From: Candidatus Poribacteria bacterium
Lineage (GTDB): Bacteria > Poribacteria > WGA-4E > WGA-3G
DNA: 64,000 bases
Assembly: GCA_965242965.1 (NCBI GenBank)
Contig: OZ251518.1
Coordinates: 256,001-320,000, forward strand
Direction: 5' to 3'
In this document: positions 40,111 to 50,633 of the stretch, one piece after another
Numbering within the stretch: the stretch's first letter is position 1
How the letters are laid out: every line of letters starts with the position of its first letter
Notes under the pieces: generated by a model
The model's input: only the letters and a program-made list of their open reading frames with translations
Databases searched by the model: none
Told to the model about the DNA's origin: nothing
Position numbers and translations under genes: made by a program

Positions 40111-43100
40111 ATGCCCCGTATCTTCGATAACATCGCTCAGGCACTGCTGCCTGCACTCCGAGAAACGCTAAAAACCGCCACGCACGCCGACTTTTGTGTC
40201 GGATACTTTAACCTGCGCGGATGGAAGGCACTCGCCGATTCTGTGGAAGCATGGCACGGTGGAGAAGACAACTGCTGCCGAATCCTCGTCGGAATGCAAA
40301 GGTTGCCGGAAGAAGAACTCCGACACGCCAAACGTCTTCGTAAACAGGACGATAGAATTGATAACCAAACCGCTCTCCGCCTCAAACGGAGACTCGCAGA
40401 GGAATTTCGCGAACAACTGACGGTAGGCATCCCGACACGCGAAGATGAAGAAGGGCTCCGACAATTAGCACAGCAACTCCGTGACAAAAAGGTTCAGGTA
40501 AAGTTGTTTCTTCGGCATCCTCTCCACGCGAAACTCTATCTGCTCCACCGTCCCGATGCGATTACGCCGATTGTCGGCTACCTCGGCAGCAGCAACCTCA
40601 CCTTCGCCGGACTTTCAAAACAGGGAGAACTCAACGTTGATGTCCTTGATGCCGACGCGTGCCTAAAGTTAAAAGATTGGTTTGACGCGCGCTGGGAAGA
40701 CCGGTGGTGCATCGATATCTCTGCCGAATTGATTGAAATCATTGAGCAGAGTTGGGCGCGCGAGAAACGCATTCCGCCGTATCATATCTACGTCAAGATG
40801 GCGTATCACCTCTCACAGGAGGCGCGCCTCGGCTTAACGGAATTCCAAATTCCGCGTGAATTTCGGGACAAACTGTTTGAATTCCAGAGTGCCGCGGTCC
40901 AGATTGCGGCGCATCACCTCAACACGCGCGGAGGCGTGTTAATCGGTGATGTTGTCGGACTCGGTAAAACGATGATGGGCACCGCGCTCGCGCGCATTTT
41001 TGAGGATGACCACGGTGTTGAAACGCTCATCATTTGCCCCAAGAACCTCGTCAAAATGTGGGAAACGTATCGCGAGGAATATCACTTGCGCGGGAAAGTG
41101 CTTTCGCTGAGCAGCGTCATCCAAGAGCTGCCGAACCTTCGGCGGTATCGCCTTATCCTGATTGATGAAAGCCATAATTTGCGAAACCGCGAGGGAAAAC
41201 GCTATCGCGCAATTCAGGAATACATCCACGAGAACGATAGCCGCGTTATCCTGCTCTCGGCAACGCCTTACAATAAAACCTACCTCGATCTTTCCAGTCA
41301 ACTCCGCCTGTTCGTTGAGGAGGACAGAGACTTGGGTATCCGTCCGGAACATTATCTCCGTGAGTTGGGAGGCGAGCCTGAGTTTCTCCGCAAGCACCAG
41401 AGCGGGGTGCGCACGCTGCCTGCATTTGAGCAGAGCAAGCATCTTGACGATTGGCGCGAATTGATGCGTATCTATCTCGTCCGCCGCACGCGCAGTTTCA
41501 TCATGGAAAACTACGCCGAGACAGATACCGAGACAGCGCGGAAGTTCCTCGCTTTTCCCGATGGCACGCGCGCCTACTTTCCGCTGCGCGTTCCAAAAAC
41601 GGTGAAGTTCGCCATTGACGACGAAAACCCGGACGATACTTATGCGCAACTTTATTCGCAGCGCGTTGTTCAAATCATTAGCAACTTGCAGCTGCCTCGG
41701 TATGGATTGGCGAATTATATCGTTGATACGGACTTGAAATCGCTGACACCGGCGGAAGAACAGCAGTTAACAAATCTCTCCCGCGGTGGACAGCGGCTCA
41801 TCGGTTTTAGCAGGACCAACCTTTTCAAGCGGCTTGAAAGTAGCGGACAGGCGTTCCTCCAATCTGTTGAACGGCACATTCTGCGCAACTACGTTTACCT
41901 TGACGCGATTGAGAACGGCGAACCGCTTCCCATCGGTGGACAAAGCAGTGAAATGCTCGATGCGCGTCTCTACAATGAGGATGCCGATGTAGATGCGTTT
42001 GATGACGATAGTGATGTGCAACTGGACACTGCGCACTTGGAAACCGCGCCTACCGGAAACCTTTCTCCTGCTGAGGAAGACTTCAAACGGCGCGCCGCCG
42101 AAATCTATCAACTTTACACTACGAGATACAAAGGCCGGTTTAAGTGGATTCGTTCAGAGCTCTTCCGGCCCTCTCTTCAGAAGGCACTCGCCGATGATGC
42201 GAACGCGCTGCTCACTATCTTGCAAGACTCCGGCGCGTGGGATGCCGAAAAAGACGAGAAACTGAACGCGCTGGAGACACTCTTAACCCAAACGCATCCG
42301 AATGAGAAGGTTATCATTTTCACGCAGTTTGCGGATACGGTGCGGTATTTGAAGGCGGCACTTGCGGCGCGCGGCATCTCGCAGATTGGGGCAGTCACCG
42401 GTAACTCCGCAGATCCGACTGGGATGGCGTGGCGGTTCAGTCCGGTGAGTAACGATAAACGGGATAGAGTCTCTCCGGAAAACGAACTGCGCGTCCTCAT
42501 CAGCACGGATATTTTGAGTGAAGGACAAAACTTGCAAGATTGCGCCATTGTCGTCAATTACGATTTGCCGTGGGCAATCATCAGGCTGGTGCAACGTGCT
42601 GGCCGTGTTGACAGAATCGGGCAAACGGCTGAACAGATTTCGTGCTATTCGTTTCTACCGGCTGATGGTGTGGAACGCATCATCAATTTGCGTGGCCGCG
42701 TCCGGGAACGGCTTCGCCAAAACTCGGAGATTGTCGGCACGGACGAGGCGTTTTTTGAAGATGACGATGACGAAAACGGCATCTTGGCGTTGTATCACGA
42801 ACGCGCAGGCTTGCTGGACGATGAACCCGACAACGATGTCGATCTTGCCTCTTACGCGTATCAAATCTGGAAAAATGCGATTACGCGTGAGCCGCGCCTA
42901 GAACGTATCATCCCGGAACTGCCGGCCGTCGTCTATGCCACAAAAGCGCACGATGCTATGGGCGGCGCGCTCGTCTATACGCGAACAGGCGATGGCAACG
43001 ATGCACTCGCGTGGATAAATCGGGATGGCAAAAGCGTCACTGAATCCCAATTCGCAATCCTGCAAGCCGCCGCGTGCACGCCGAATACCAAAGCACTGCC

Positions 43101-43488
43101 GCCGCTTGAAGAACATCACGACTTGGTGCGAAAGGGCACCGAACTCATCCTCTCTGAGGAACGAACGGTGGGTGGACAACTCGGTAGGCCCTCGGGTGCG
43201 CGGTTTCGGACATATCAACGGCTGCAGCAATATGCCGAGCAGGTCCGCGGCACGTTTTTTGATACGCCGGAATTGAAACGCGCGATTGACGACATCTATC
43301 GTTACCCGTTGCGTCAGGCGGCGACAGATACGCTTAATCGTCAACTCCGCGCCGGTATTACTGACGATGCACTTGCTAATCTGGTGATGCTGTTGCGCGA
43401 TGATGATAGGTTGTGCATTGTGCAGCGGGAACGGCAATTAGGAGAACCACAGATTATTTGTTCTTTGGGGCTGGTTGCATCTGTCTGA
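40111..43488 (+). CDS. PLD (NgoFVII-like) nuclease fused to an SNF2-type helicase (restriction-type subunit)
   Basis: LHAKLY and GSSNLT (PLD); [26 protein letters not shown] and [10 protein letters not shown]. Confidence 0.9.
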   Translation: MPRIFDNIAQALLPALRETLKTATHADFCVGYFNLRGWKALADSVEAWHGGEDNCCRILVGMQRLPEEELRHAKRLRKQDDRIDNQTALRLKRRLAEEFREQLTVGIPTREDEEGLRQLAQQLRDKKVQVKLFLRHPLHAKLYLLHRPDAITPIVGYLGSSNLTFAGLSKQGELNVDVLDADACLKLKDWFDARWEDRWCIDISAELIEIIEQSWAREKRIPPYHIYVKMAYHLSQEARLGLTEFQIPREFRDKLFEFQSAAVQIAAHHLNTRGGVLIGDVVGLGKTMMGTALARIFEDDHGVETLIICPKNLVKMWETYREEYHLRGKVLSLSSVIQELPNLRRYRLILIDESHNLRNREGKRYRAIQEYIHENDSRVILLSATPYNKTYLDLSSQLRLFVEEDRDLGIRPEHYLRELGGEPEFLRKHQSGVRTLPAFEQSKHLDDWRELMRIYLVRRTRSFIMENYAETDTETARKFLAFPDGTRAYFPLRVPKTVKFAIDDENPDDTYAQLYSQRVVQIISNLQLPRYGLANYIVDTDLKSLTPAEEQQLTNLSRGGQRLIGFSRTNLFKRLESSGQAFLQSVERHILRNYVYLDAIENGEPLPIGGQSSEMLDARLYNEDADVDAFDDDSDVQLDTAHLETAPTGNLSPAEEDFKRRAAEIYQLYTTRYKGRFKWIRSELFRPSLQKALADDANALLTILQDSGAWDAEKDEKLNALETLLTQTHPNEKVIIFTQFADTVRYLKAALAARGISQIGAVTGNSADPTGMAWRFSPVSNDKRDRVSPENELRVLISTDILSEGQNLQDCAIVVNYDLPWAIIRLVQRAGRVDRIGQTAEQISCYSFLPADGVERIINLRGRVRERLRQNSEIVGTDEAFFEDDDDENGILALYHERAGLLDDEPDNDVDLASYAYQIWKNAITREPRLERIIPELPAVVYATKAHDAMGGALVYTRTGDGNDALAWINRDGKSVTESQFAILQAAACTPNTKALPPLEEHHDLVRKGTELILSEERTVGGQLGRPSGARFRTYQRLQQYAEQVRGTFFDTPELKRAIDDIYRYPLRQAATDTLNRQLRAGITDDALANLVMLLRDDDRLCIVQRERQLGEPQIICSLGLVASV

Positions 43489-43536
43489 AACAGGATTAGG
43501 CGATCCGTTTCAGAAAAGAAATAAAAGGAGAATCCG

Positions 43537-44382
43537 ATGGTAGAAAATGTTGCAGTGTTAACCCCGTCCTCATTCCGCGCGTGGGTGCGTGCTGTTGTCA
43601 TTGATGAGGCATTCTTTGCCGATAGAGCATCTCTCGCGGCGGTGCTGGCGAGCGGCAAACCCTGCATCTGCGGCAAGCGCGCTAGCACCGACCCGAGTTC
43701 CCCGGAAGAGCCGTTCCGTATTTTTTGGGATGGCTATTGGGACTTTGCGTTCACCTTAGGTGTGCCGGAAGATTCGCTGCTCGCACTGCTTGACTTGTGC
43801 GATGAGGTCGCGCGTCACTTACAGTTGCAAACCGATGTGCCGCTACTGCGGCATCGTTTGAAGGCCATTGAATCGCAGCGGAACATGTCGCCGGTGGGGC
43901 GCAAGGTGCGGCGAAATGGCGGTGATATCGCGATAAACGAGCCTGCACCGTCAATAAAGGTGCGGGATTTATCGGAAGCGGACTTCCGAGCGTTTGTGGA
44001 GAGGCTTGTCAACGGGCCGCTGTTCACTGCCCGTGCCCGGGTTGTGAAAGTGTTGCACACGCTGCCGCCCGTTTGCGCCACGGAGGTGCCGCTGTCCACG
44101 CTGCTCTCGCAGTGCCTCGGTGCCCCCGCGGCGCGGTGTCCGGAGGCGGTGGCAGTCGTTGCGACAGAGATGCCGTTGTTCTCGGCGTTCTTTGCCTTTT
44201 TCGTGGAGCACTTGGCGTTGGAAGTGTTCCTCGAAGAGTATTATTACGACTCCGACGAAGGGTTGGAGCTGCGCGCAGAATTGCTGGAAGAGATAGAACA
44301 CAATCTTGCAGAAAAGAAGGCAGGCAGAACTAAGGCGACTCCCCTGGCAGAGGTGGCGAAAAAGTTCGGGGTAGCGTTGTGA
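43537..44382 (+). CDS. Extended antitoxin-like protein (unknown N-terminal region plus DSDEGLELR antitoxin tail), copy 1
   Basis: Overlaps the relE start; C-tail resembles small antitoxins found upstream of RelE. Confidence 0.6.
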   Translation: MVENVAVLTPSSFRAWVRAVVIDEAFFADRASLAAVLASGKPCICGKRASTDPSSPEEPFRIFWDGYWDFAFTLGVPEDSLLALLDLCDEVARHLQLQTDVPLLRHRLKAIESQRNMSPVGRKVRRNGGDIAINEPAPSIKVRDLSEADFRAFVERLVNGPLFTARARVVKVLHTLPPVCATEVPLSTLLSQCLGAPAARCPEAVAVVATEMPLFSAFFAFFVEHLALEVFLEEYYYDSDEGLELRAELLEEIEHNLAEKKAGRTKATPLAEVAKKFGVAL

Positions 44383-44642
44383 TGTATGCGCTAGAACTTG
44401 AACCTCGTGCCGAATCTGATTTGAAGCGGTTAGACGCGACGATACGGAAACGGATTTTTCAAAGTTTGGCAGATTTGTGCGAGACCTGCGAGACACGCCC
44501 ACACTATGCACTGCGTGGGCCCCATCGGGGTAAATTCCGTATCGTCGTGGCGAGAGTCTATCGCGTCATCTATACTTTTGATAAGTCAAGTCGGGAAGTA
44601 ACCGTTCATCGCATTCGGCACCGAAGCCGCGCCTATGATTAA
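44382..44642 (+). CDS. RelE/ParE family toxin, copy 1
   Basis: YALELEPRAESDLKRLD...LRG..GKFRI..YRVIY....V.VHRIRHRS.AY. Confidence 0.88.
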   Translation: MYALELEPRAESDLKRLDATIRKRIFQSLADLCETCETRPHYALRGPHRGKFRIVVARVYRVIYTFDKSSREVTVHRIRHRSRAYD

Positions 44643-44742
44643 CCGCGAAACCGAACTTCAATAGGACTTACGCAGTCCTAACTGCGTTGAAAGGTATCAT
44701 AATTGGGTATCGCATATTTCATAATAGTTTAAGGAGGCTCAG

Positions 44743-45585
44743 ATGATAGAAAATGTTGCAGCGTTAACCCCGTCCTCATTCCGCGCGTGGGTGCGTTCCG
44801 TTGTCGTTGATGAGGCATTCTTCGCGGATAGGGCATCTCTGGCTGCGGTGCTGGCGAGCGGCAAACCTTGTATCTGCGGCAAGCGCGCCAGCACCGACCC
44901 GAGTTCCCCCGAAGAGCCGTTCCGTATTTTTTGGGATGGCTACTGGGACTTTGCGTTCACCTTAGGTGTGCCGGAAGATTCACTGCTCGCGCTGCTTGAC
45001 TTGTGCGCTGAGGTCTCGCGTCACTTACAGTTGCAAACTGATGTGCCGCTATTGCTGCATCGTTTGAAGGCCATTGAATCGCAGCGGAAAATGTCGCCGG
45101 TGGGACGCAAGGTGCGGCAAAACGGGGGTGACATCGCGATAAACGAGCCGGCACCGTCAATAAAGGTGCGGGATTTATCAGAGGGGGATTTCCGGGTGTT
45201 TGTGGAGACGCTTGTCAACGGGCCGCTGTTCACTGCCCGCGACCGGGTTGTGAAAGTGTTGGACACGCTGCCGCCGGTTTGCACCACGGAGGTGCCGCTG
45301 TCCACGCTGCTCTCGCAGTGCCTGGGTGCCCCTGCGGCGCGCTGCCCAGAGGCAGTGGCATTCATTGCGACAGAGATGCCGTTGTTCTCGGCGTTCTTTG
45401 CCTTCTTCGTGGAGCACTTGGCGTTGGAGGTGTTCCTCGAAGATTACTACTACGATTCCGACGAAGGGTTGGAGCTGCGCGCAGAATTGCTGGAAGAAAT
45501 AGAGCGAGACATTGAGTATATCAAGGCAGGCGGCAGAACTTATACCCTTGAAGAGGTTTTCGATGAATTGGAGTCGGCACCGTAA
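44743..45585 (+). CDS. Extended antitoxin-like protein, copy 2
   Basis: Near-identical to 43537-44382 except for the last ~25 aa. Confidence 0.6.
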   Translation: MIENVAALTPSSFRAWVRSVVVDEAFFADRASLAAVLASGKPCICGKRASTDPSSPEEPFRIFWDGYWDFAFTLGVPEDSLLALLDLCAEVSRHLQLQTDVPLLLHRLKAIESQRKMSPVGRKVRQNGGDIAINEPAPSIKVRDLSEGDFRVFVETLVNGPLFTARDRVVKVLDTLPPVCTTEVPLSTLLSQCLGAPAARCPEAVAFIATEMPLFSAFFAFFVEHLALEVFLEDYYYDSDEGLELRAELLEEIERDIEYIKAGGRTYTLEEVFDELESAP

Positions 45586-45845
45586 TGTATACGTTGGAGT
45601 TGCTCCCAGCTGCCAGAAGGGATATTCGACGCTTGGATGGCACTATCCGCGCCCGCGTCCGCGATGCCCTTGATAAGTTGTGCGCAACTTGCGACACGCG
45701 TCCGCACGAAGCACTCCGCGGACCGCATCGCGGCAAATTTCGCATAAAAGTAGCGAGGCACTATCGTGTCATTTATCGCTTTGACAAGTCAATCCGAGTC
45801 GTTACCGTTCATCGCGTTCGTCACCGAAGCCGCGCCTATGATTAA
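45585..45845 (+). CDS. RelE/ParE family toxin, copy 2
   Basis: Paralogue of 44382-44642; TAATG translational coupling. Confidence 0.88.
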   Translation: MYTLELLPAARRDIRRLDGTIRARVRDALDKLCATCDTRPHEALRGPHRGKFRIKVARHYRVIYRFDKSIRVVTVHRVRHRSRAYD

Positions 45846-45846
45846 C

Positions 45847-46233
45847 AAGGGGGTTTCATATATTGATGTTTTCCCGGTAGGAGAGACCAGGAGGTCTCTC
45901 CTACCGGAAGGCGTTGGGCCCACCTCTGTAGTTTGTGATCGCCAGATCACAAACGGGTCAGGATCAGGCGATCTTGACCTACAGGGGTGATGCGGTTTGC
46001 CAGCAAAACGCATGGCGAGGGACAGGCCCTCGCCCTACGGGAAGGGACGGCGTTTTTTTCATCGTAGCGCGGGGGCCTGTCCCCCGCGATCGTTATCGTC
46101 AAGCGGTGGCGTTTTAGGTCCTACGGATCTGCAGAGAACAAAACACGTTTTTTCCCTAGCGCGAGCGATGGCGAGGGACAGGCCCTCGCCCTACGGTAAA
46201 GTACCGTTTTTTTCCCGTTTATGAAATACCCTT
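45847..46233. mobile_element. TIR-bounded composite REP element
   Basis: TTAA-C-AAGGGGGTTTCATA ... TATGAAATACCCTT-GA-TTAA. Confidence 0.7.
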
Positions 46234-46260
46234 GATTAACCGCGAAACTGAAAATTGCAT

Positions 46261-46289
46261 TTGACAAAAATCGCGTTGCAAGGTATCAT
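46261..46289 (+). promoter_or_regulatory. Sigma70-type promoter of the methyltransferase gene
   Basis: TTGACA-17 bp-TATCAT. Confidence 0.65.
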
Positions 46290-46309
46290 AATTTCAGTCC
46301 AAATCAGGA

Positions 46310-46372
46310 GCAGGATTTCCACGATTTCCAGCAGGATTTTCGGGATTTCCAACAGGATTTCCACGATTTCTA
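46310..46372 (+). repeat. 3 x 21-bp tandem repeat (RCAGGATTTYYRSGATTTCYA) in the 5' UTR
   Basis: GCAGGATTTCCACGATTTCCA / GCAGGATTTTCGGGATTTCCA / ACAGGATTTCCACGATTTCTA. Confidence 0.85.
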
Positions 46373-46415
46373 AGATGATACCAAAACGCTTGTTTCTGCC
46401 GATGAGATAACTTTT

Positions 46416-49400
46416 ATGCAATTTAATGTCAACCAAACACGCAACTATCTCCAAGAATCCGAGTTTGAACCCCTCTTCGTTGAGGAACTCGGATGGGAGT
46501 ATCATACGCAGGCTTTCAGCGTGACGGTAGATGACACCAAATACGCACTCGCCGCTATCGCCGAGAAACGCGGCATGGTGGTATTCCGCTGCACCGCCAC
46601 CGATGGAAAACCGATGCCGAACTACGCCACGCGGCGCGCCATCCAACGGCAGGTGGCGAAATCGGTGCACGAACACGTTATCATTTATACCGACGCGGCG
46701 AAAACTACCCAAGTCTGGCAGTGGGTCAGACGCGAACAAGGAAGACCCGAGGCTTGCCGCGAACACCGCTATCATCACGAACAGGCCGGCGACGCACTCC
46801 TCCAAAAATTGCAAACCCTTGCGTTTAGCTTGGAGGAGGAAGAAGGCGTGTCAATCGTTGATGTTACGGGACGCGTCCGTGCCGCCTTTGACGTGACACC
46901 CGTCACCAAACGCTTTTATGAACGCTTCAAAAAGGAACACGAAGCCTTCCTTCAGTTCCTCAACGGCATCCCCGATATAGAGACGCAAGAGTCGTATGTC
47001 TCTGTCATGCTCAATCGGCTGATGTTTATCTACTTCATCCAGAAGAAGGGGTTTCTTAACGGCGATACCGATTATCTCCGCACGAACCTCAACCGCAGCC
47101 AAACCGAAGGCACCGACAGGTTCTATCAAGAGTTCCTCTGTCCTCTCTTTTTTGAGGGCTTCGCGAAACCGAAACCCGAACGCACCGCGGCGATAAACCA
47201 ACGCCTCGGCGAGGTGCCTTATCTCAACGGCGGCATCTTCCAACACCATCGCATTGAGCAACAGCACGGCGAAACTCTCCACATCCCCGATAAAGCGTTT
47301 GACCGGCTCTTCACGTTCTTTGAGCAGTATCAGTGGCACCTCGATGAACGGCCGCTCCGCAACGATAACGAAATCAACCCCGATGTCCTCGGCTATATCT
47401 TCGAGAAATATGTGAATGAACGGCAGAAAATGGGCGCATATTATACCCCAGAGGACATCACCAAGTATATCAGCCAGAACACGATCATCCCGTTCCTTTT
47501 CGACGCGGCGCGCGAGGCTTGCAAAATCGCTTTTGAAGGCGATGCCACCGTCTGGCAGCTGCTTCAAACTGACCCGGGCCGGTATATTTACGATGCCGTT
47601 AAAAAGGGTGTTAAACAACCCTTACCGCCAAAAATCGCCATCGGCATTGACGATGTCTCCAAACGCACCGCATGGAATACCCGCGCGTCAGCGGAATACA
47701 CATTGCCGACAGAAATCTGGCGGGAAGTCGTCGCGCGGCGGCAGCGTTACGAACGCGTGCATGCCAAATTGGTAAACGGCGAGATTACCGACATCAACGC
47801 GCTCATCACCGAAAACCTTGACATCCAGCAATTCGCGCAAGATGTCATCGAGACATGCGAAGGGCCAGACCTGCTCCGCGCGTTTTGGCATGCCATCACG
47901 CAGGTCACCGTCCTCGATCCGACGTGTGGTTCCGGTGCATTCCTCTTCGCCGCCTTGAATATCCTAGAGCCCCTCTACGATGCATGTCTTGAACGGATGC
48001 AAGCGTTTATTGACGAAGCAGATGCTTCCAGTAGGAGAGACCTCCCGGGCTCGATGAGAACCGACCTCCCGAACGGGTCAGGATCAGGCGATCCTGAACT
48101 ACAGAGTAGGAGAGACCTCCCGGTCTCGACATTTTCCGGTAGGAGAGACCTCCCGGTTTCGAACTCACCTCCCCACGCGCGCTACACCGACTTCCGCGAC
48201 ATCCTCGCACGCACCGCGCAACACCCGAGCCCCCGTTACTTCATCCTCAAATCCATCGTCATCAACAACCTCTATGGCGTGGATATTATGGACGAAGCCG
48301 CCGAGATTTGCAAACTCCGTCTCTTCCTCAAAATGGTGGCGCAGATCGATGACGTGAACCAGATCGAACCGCTGCCAGACATTGACTTCAACGTGCAGGC
48401 AGGCAACACCCTCGTCGGATACACCACCCTTAACGAGGTAGAAAAGGCAGTCACCGGACAGTTCGATTTTGACGACACGATGGCGCGCATCCGCGAACGC
48501 GCCGAGGACGTTGACGCGCTCTTTTCCCTGTTTCGTCAGCAACAGACAGAACTGGGCGGCGATGTAACGCTTGACGACAAACAGGCGTTGCAAGGAAAAC
48601 TGGCGGCGTTATCCGATGAACTGAACGGCTACCTTGCGGGGGAATACGGTGTGGAGACGAACAACGTCGAGGCGTTTCAGCAGTGGCTTTCGTCGCATCA
48701 GCCGTTCCACTGGTTCATCGCGTTTTACGGTATCCTTGACAAAGGTGGGTTTGACGTGATTATCGGGAATCCGCCGTATGTGGAATATAGCAAGGTGAAG
48801 AAGGATTACACGATTCGCGGGTATGAGACAGAGAGTTGCGGTAATCTCTACGCGTTTTCAACCGAAAGAAGTTTGAGACTTCTTAACAACTCAAGCAGTT
48901 TCGGTCTCATCGTTCCGATGAGCCTAGTCTGCAATCAGAGAATGGAAACGCTGCAAGAAATCACTCGGTCATCAAAGTCGGTCTGGCTGAGTAATTTCTC
49001 CGAAAGACCTAGTAAACTCTTCGTTGGTGCTGAAGTTCTTTTAACAATCCTGCTGAGTAGATCGGATCGGAAAGCCGAACAGATCCTTGCTACAACTGGG
49101 TTGACAAAGTGGACTAGCGAGGAACGAAAGGGTCTCTTTCATAATATCGCTTACCATTCCGGCGCGGATAAAATTAATCCGCATGTAATTCCAAAACTTC
49201 GCTCAAATGCGGAGTCCCGTATCCTCGAAAAATTGTCTTCCCAGACAGGATATCTGCGGAATCATCTATTGAAACATTCCGAGAACTCCATCTACTATCG
49301 CACTAGTGGTGGGCGATATTGGAAGGTGTTTACAGATTTCCCACCGGTGTTTAAGGTTAATGGCAAGTCAGAACCTTCTACTGCCGAAAAGTTATTGAGT

Positions 49401-49787
49401 GTTAAAGCTCCCGAAATATTGAAACCTATCATTGCAGTTTTGAGCAGTAATCTGTTTTGGTGGTGGTACACGATTACGACAGACTCTCGAAATCTTCCCG
49501 TGTATGCTATTCAGGATTTCCCTGTGCCTCAGTCTGCGCTGGAGGATCCTGAACTTGCAAGACTCGGCGAGGTGTATTTGGCGGACCTGCGTCGCAACAG
49601 TGAAATGAAGGTTCGCGAACAAAAGTCGAAAGGCAAAACCGAAACGCAGACGTTCAAGATCCAAAAGTCCAAACCGATTATTGACGAGATTGATCGGGTG
49701 CTTGCGGAACATTATGGTTTCACGGATGAGGAGTTGGACTTCATCATCAACTACGACATCAAATATCGGATGGGGCTCGGTGGTTGA
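46416..49787 (+). CDS. Eco57I-like (type IIG/gamma-class) N6-adenine DNA methyltransferase with C-terminal TRD; contains an in-frame REP insertion
   Basis: VPYLNGGIF, LGYIFEK, GAYYTPE, LDPTCGSGAFL, LYGVDI, GNTL and FDVIIGNPPY. Confidence 0.9.
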   Translation: MQFNVNQTRNYLQESEFEPLFVEELGWEYHTQAFSVTVDDTKYALAAIAEKRGMVVFRCTATDGKPMPNYATRRAIQRQVAKSVHEHVIIYTDAAKTTQVWQWVRREQGRPEACREHRYHHEQAGDALLQKLQTLAFSLEEEEGVSIVDVTGRVRAAFDVTPVTKRFYERFKKEHEAFLQFLNGIPDIETQESYVSVMLNRLMFIYFIQKKGFLNGDTDYLRTNLNRSQTEGTDRFYQEFLCPLFFEGFAKPKPERTAAINQRLGEVPYLNGGIFQHHRIEQQHGETLHIPDKAFDRLFTFFEQYQWHLDERPLRNDNEINPDVLGYIFEKYVNERQKMGAYYTPEDITKYISQNTIIPFLFDAAREACKIAFEGDATVWQLLQTDPGRYIYDAVKKGVKQPLPPKIAIGIDDVSKRTAWNTRASAEYTLPTEIWREVVARRQRYERVHAKLVNGEITDINALITENLDIQQFAQDVIETCEGPDLLRAFWHAITQVTVLDPTCGSGAFLFAALNILEPLYDACLERMQAFIDEADASSRRDLPGSMRTDLPNGSGSGDPELQSRRDLPVSTFSGRRDLPVSNSPPHARYTDFRDILARTAQHPSPRYFILKSIVINNLYGVDIMDEAAEICKLRLFLKMVAQIDDVNQIEPLPDIDFNVQAGNTLVGYTTLNEVEKAVTGQFDFDDTMARIRERAEDVDALFSLFRQQQTELGGDVTLDDKQALQGKLAALSDELNGYLAGEYGVETNNVEAFQQWLSSHQPFHWFIAFYGILDKGGFDVIIGNPPYVEYSKVKKDYTIRGYETESCGNLYAFSTERSLRLLNNSSSFGLIVPMSLVCNQRMETLQEITRSSKSVWLSNFSERPSKLFVGAEVLLTILLSRSDRKAEQILATTGLTKWTSEERKGLFHNIAYHSGADKINPHVIPKLRSNAESRILEKLSSQTGYLRNHLLKHSENSIYYRTSGGRYWKVFTDFPPVFKVNGKSEPSTAEKLLSVKAPEILKPIIAVLSSNLFWWWYTITTDSRNLPVYAIQDFPVPQSALEDPELARLGEVYLADLRRNSEMKVREQKSKGKTETQTFKIQKSKPIIDEIDRVLAEHYGFTDEELDFIINYDIKYRMGLGG

Positions 49788-49825
49788 ACGCATTCCACTC
49801 CGGGGTCCGTAGCGATGCCCGTGGC

Positions 49826-50582
49826 CCGTAGCGCGAGGGCCTGTCCCTCGCGATCGTTGGAGTGCGCGGACGATGGCGAGGGACAGGCCCTCGCCCTACG
49901 GTGAGGAATGACGTTTTTTCATCGTAGCGCGGGGGCCTGTCCCCCGCGAGCGCCATTGTCACGATGAGTGTTTCCCCGCTGTAGTTTGTGATCGCCTGAT
50001 CACAAACAGGTCAGGATCAGGCGATCCTGACCTACAGAGCCTGGCGCGCGGACGATGGCGAGGGCCCAAGCCCTACGATGAAGGGGGGGATTTTCGCGGC
50101 CCGTAGCGCGGGGGCCTGTCCCCCGCGATCGTTGGAGTGCGCGAACGCTGGCGAGGGACAGGCCCTCGCCCTACGGGAACGCACGCCGTTTTTTCGGAGG
50201 CATCGTTCTTAGGTCCTTTAGGACCTTAATGTCTATAGAAATACGTGTCAGCCCGTTTTCAAGGTCTTTTAAGACCTTAATAAAAAATACGCGCGGCCCT
50301 GGCAAAACACATTAAGGACCTAAAGGACCTTAGGATTCTTCGCGGACGCGAGTGCTATAGACATTAAGGTCCTAAAGGACCTAAAGAGACGTGTTTTCAT
50401 CTGTAGTTTGTGATCGCCTGATCACAAACGGGTCAGGAGCAGGTGCTCCTGAACTACAGAGCCTGGCGCGCGGGCGATGGCGAGGGACAGGCCCTCGCCC
50501 TACGGTGAGGGAGGATTTTCTGCCGTCGCCCCGAGGGGCGCGCCGACGGTATTGCATCGAGACCGGGAGGTCTTTCCTACGG
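49826..50582. repeat. Large composite GTAG-REP cluster with a nested AGGTCC/GGACCT palindromic element (50209-50384)
   Basis: More than 10 hairpin modules; the nested element has perfect 30-bp terminal inverted repeats. Confidence 0.85.
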
Positions 50583-50633
50583 GGAGGGGAGAGCGAGATA
50601 AATATCAATCTGAATCATATAGGAGGAACAATC

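Noticed and set aside
46851-47618. Long antisense ORFs (also 13032-13703, 26616-27263, 40939-41673)
   Set aside because: Shadow frames of well-supported genes in a GC-rich genome
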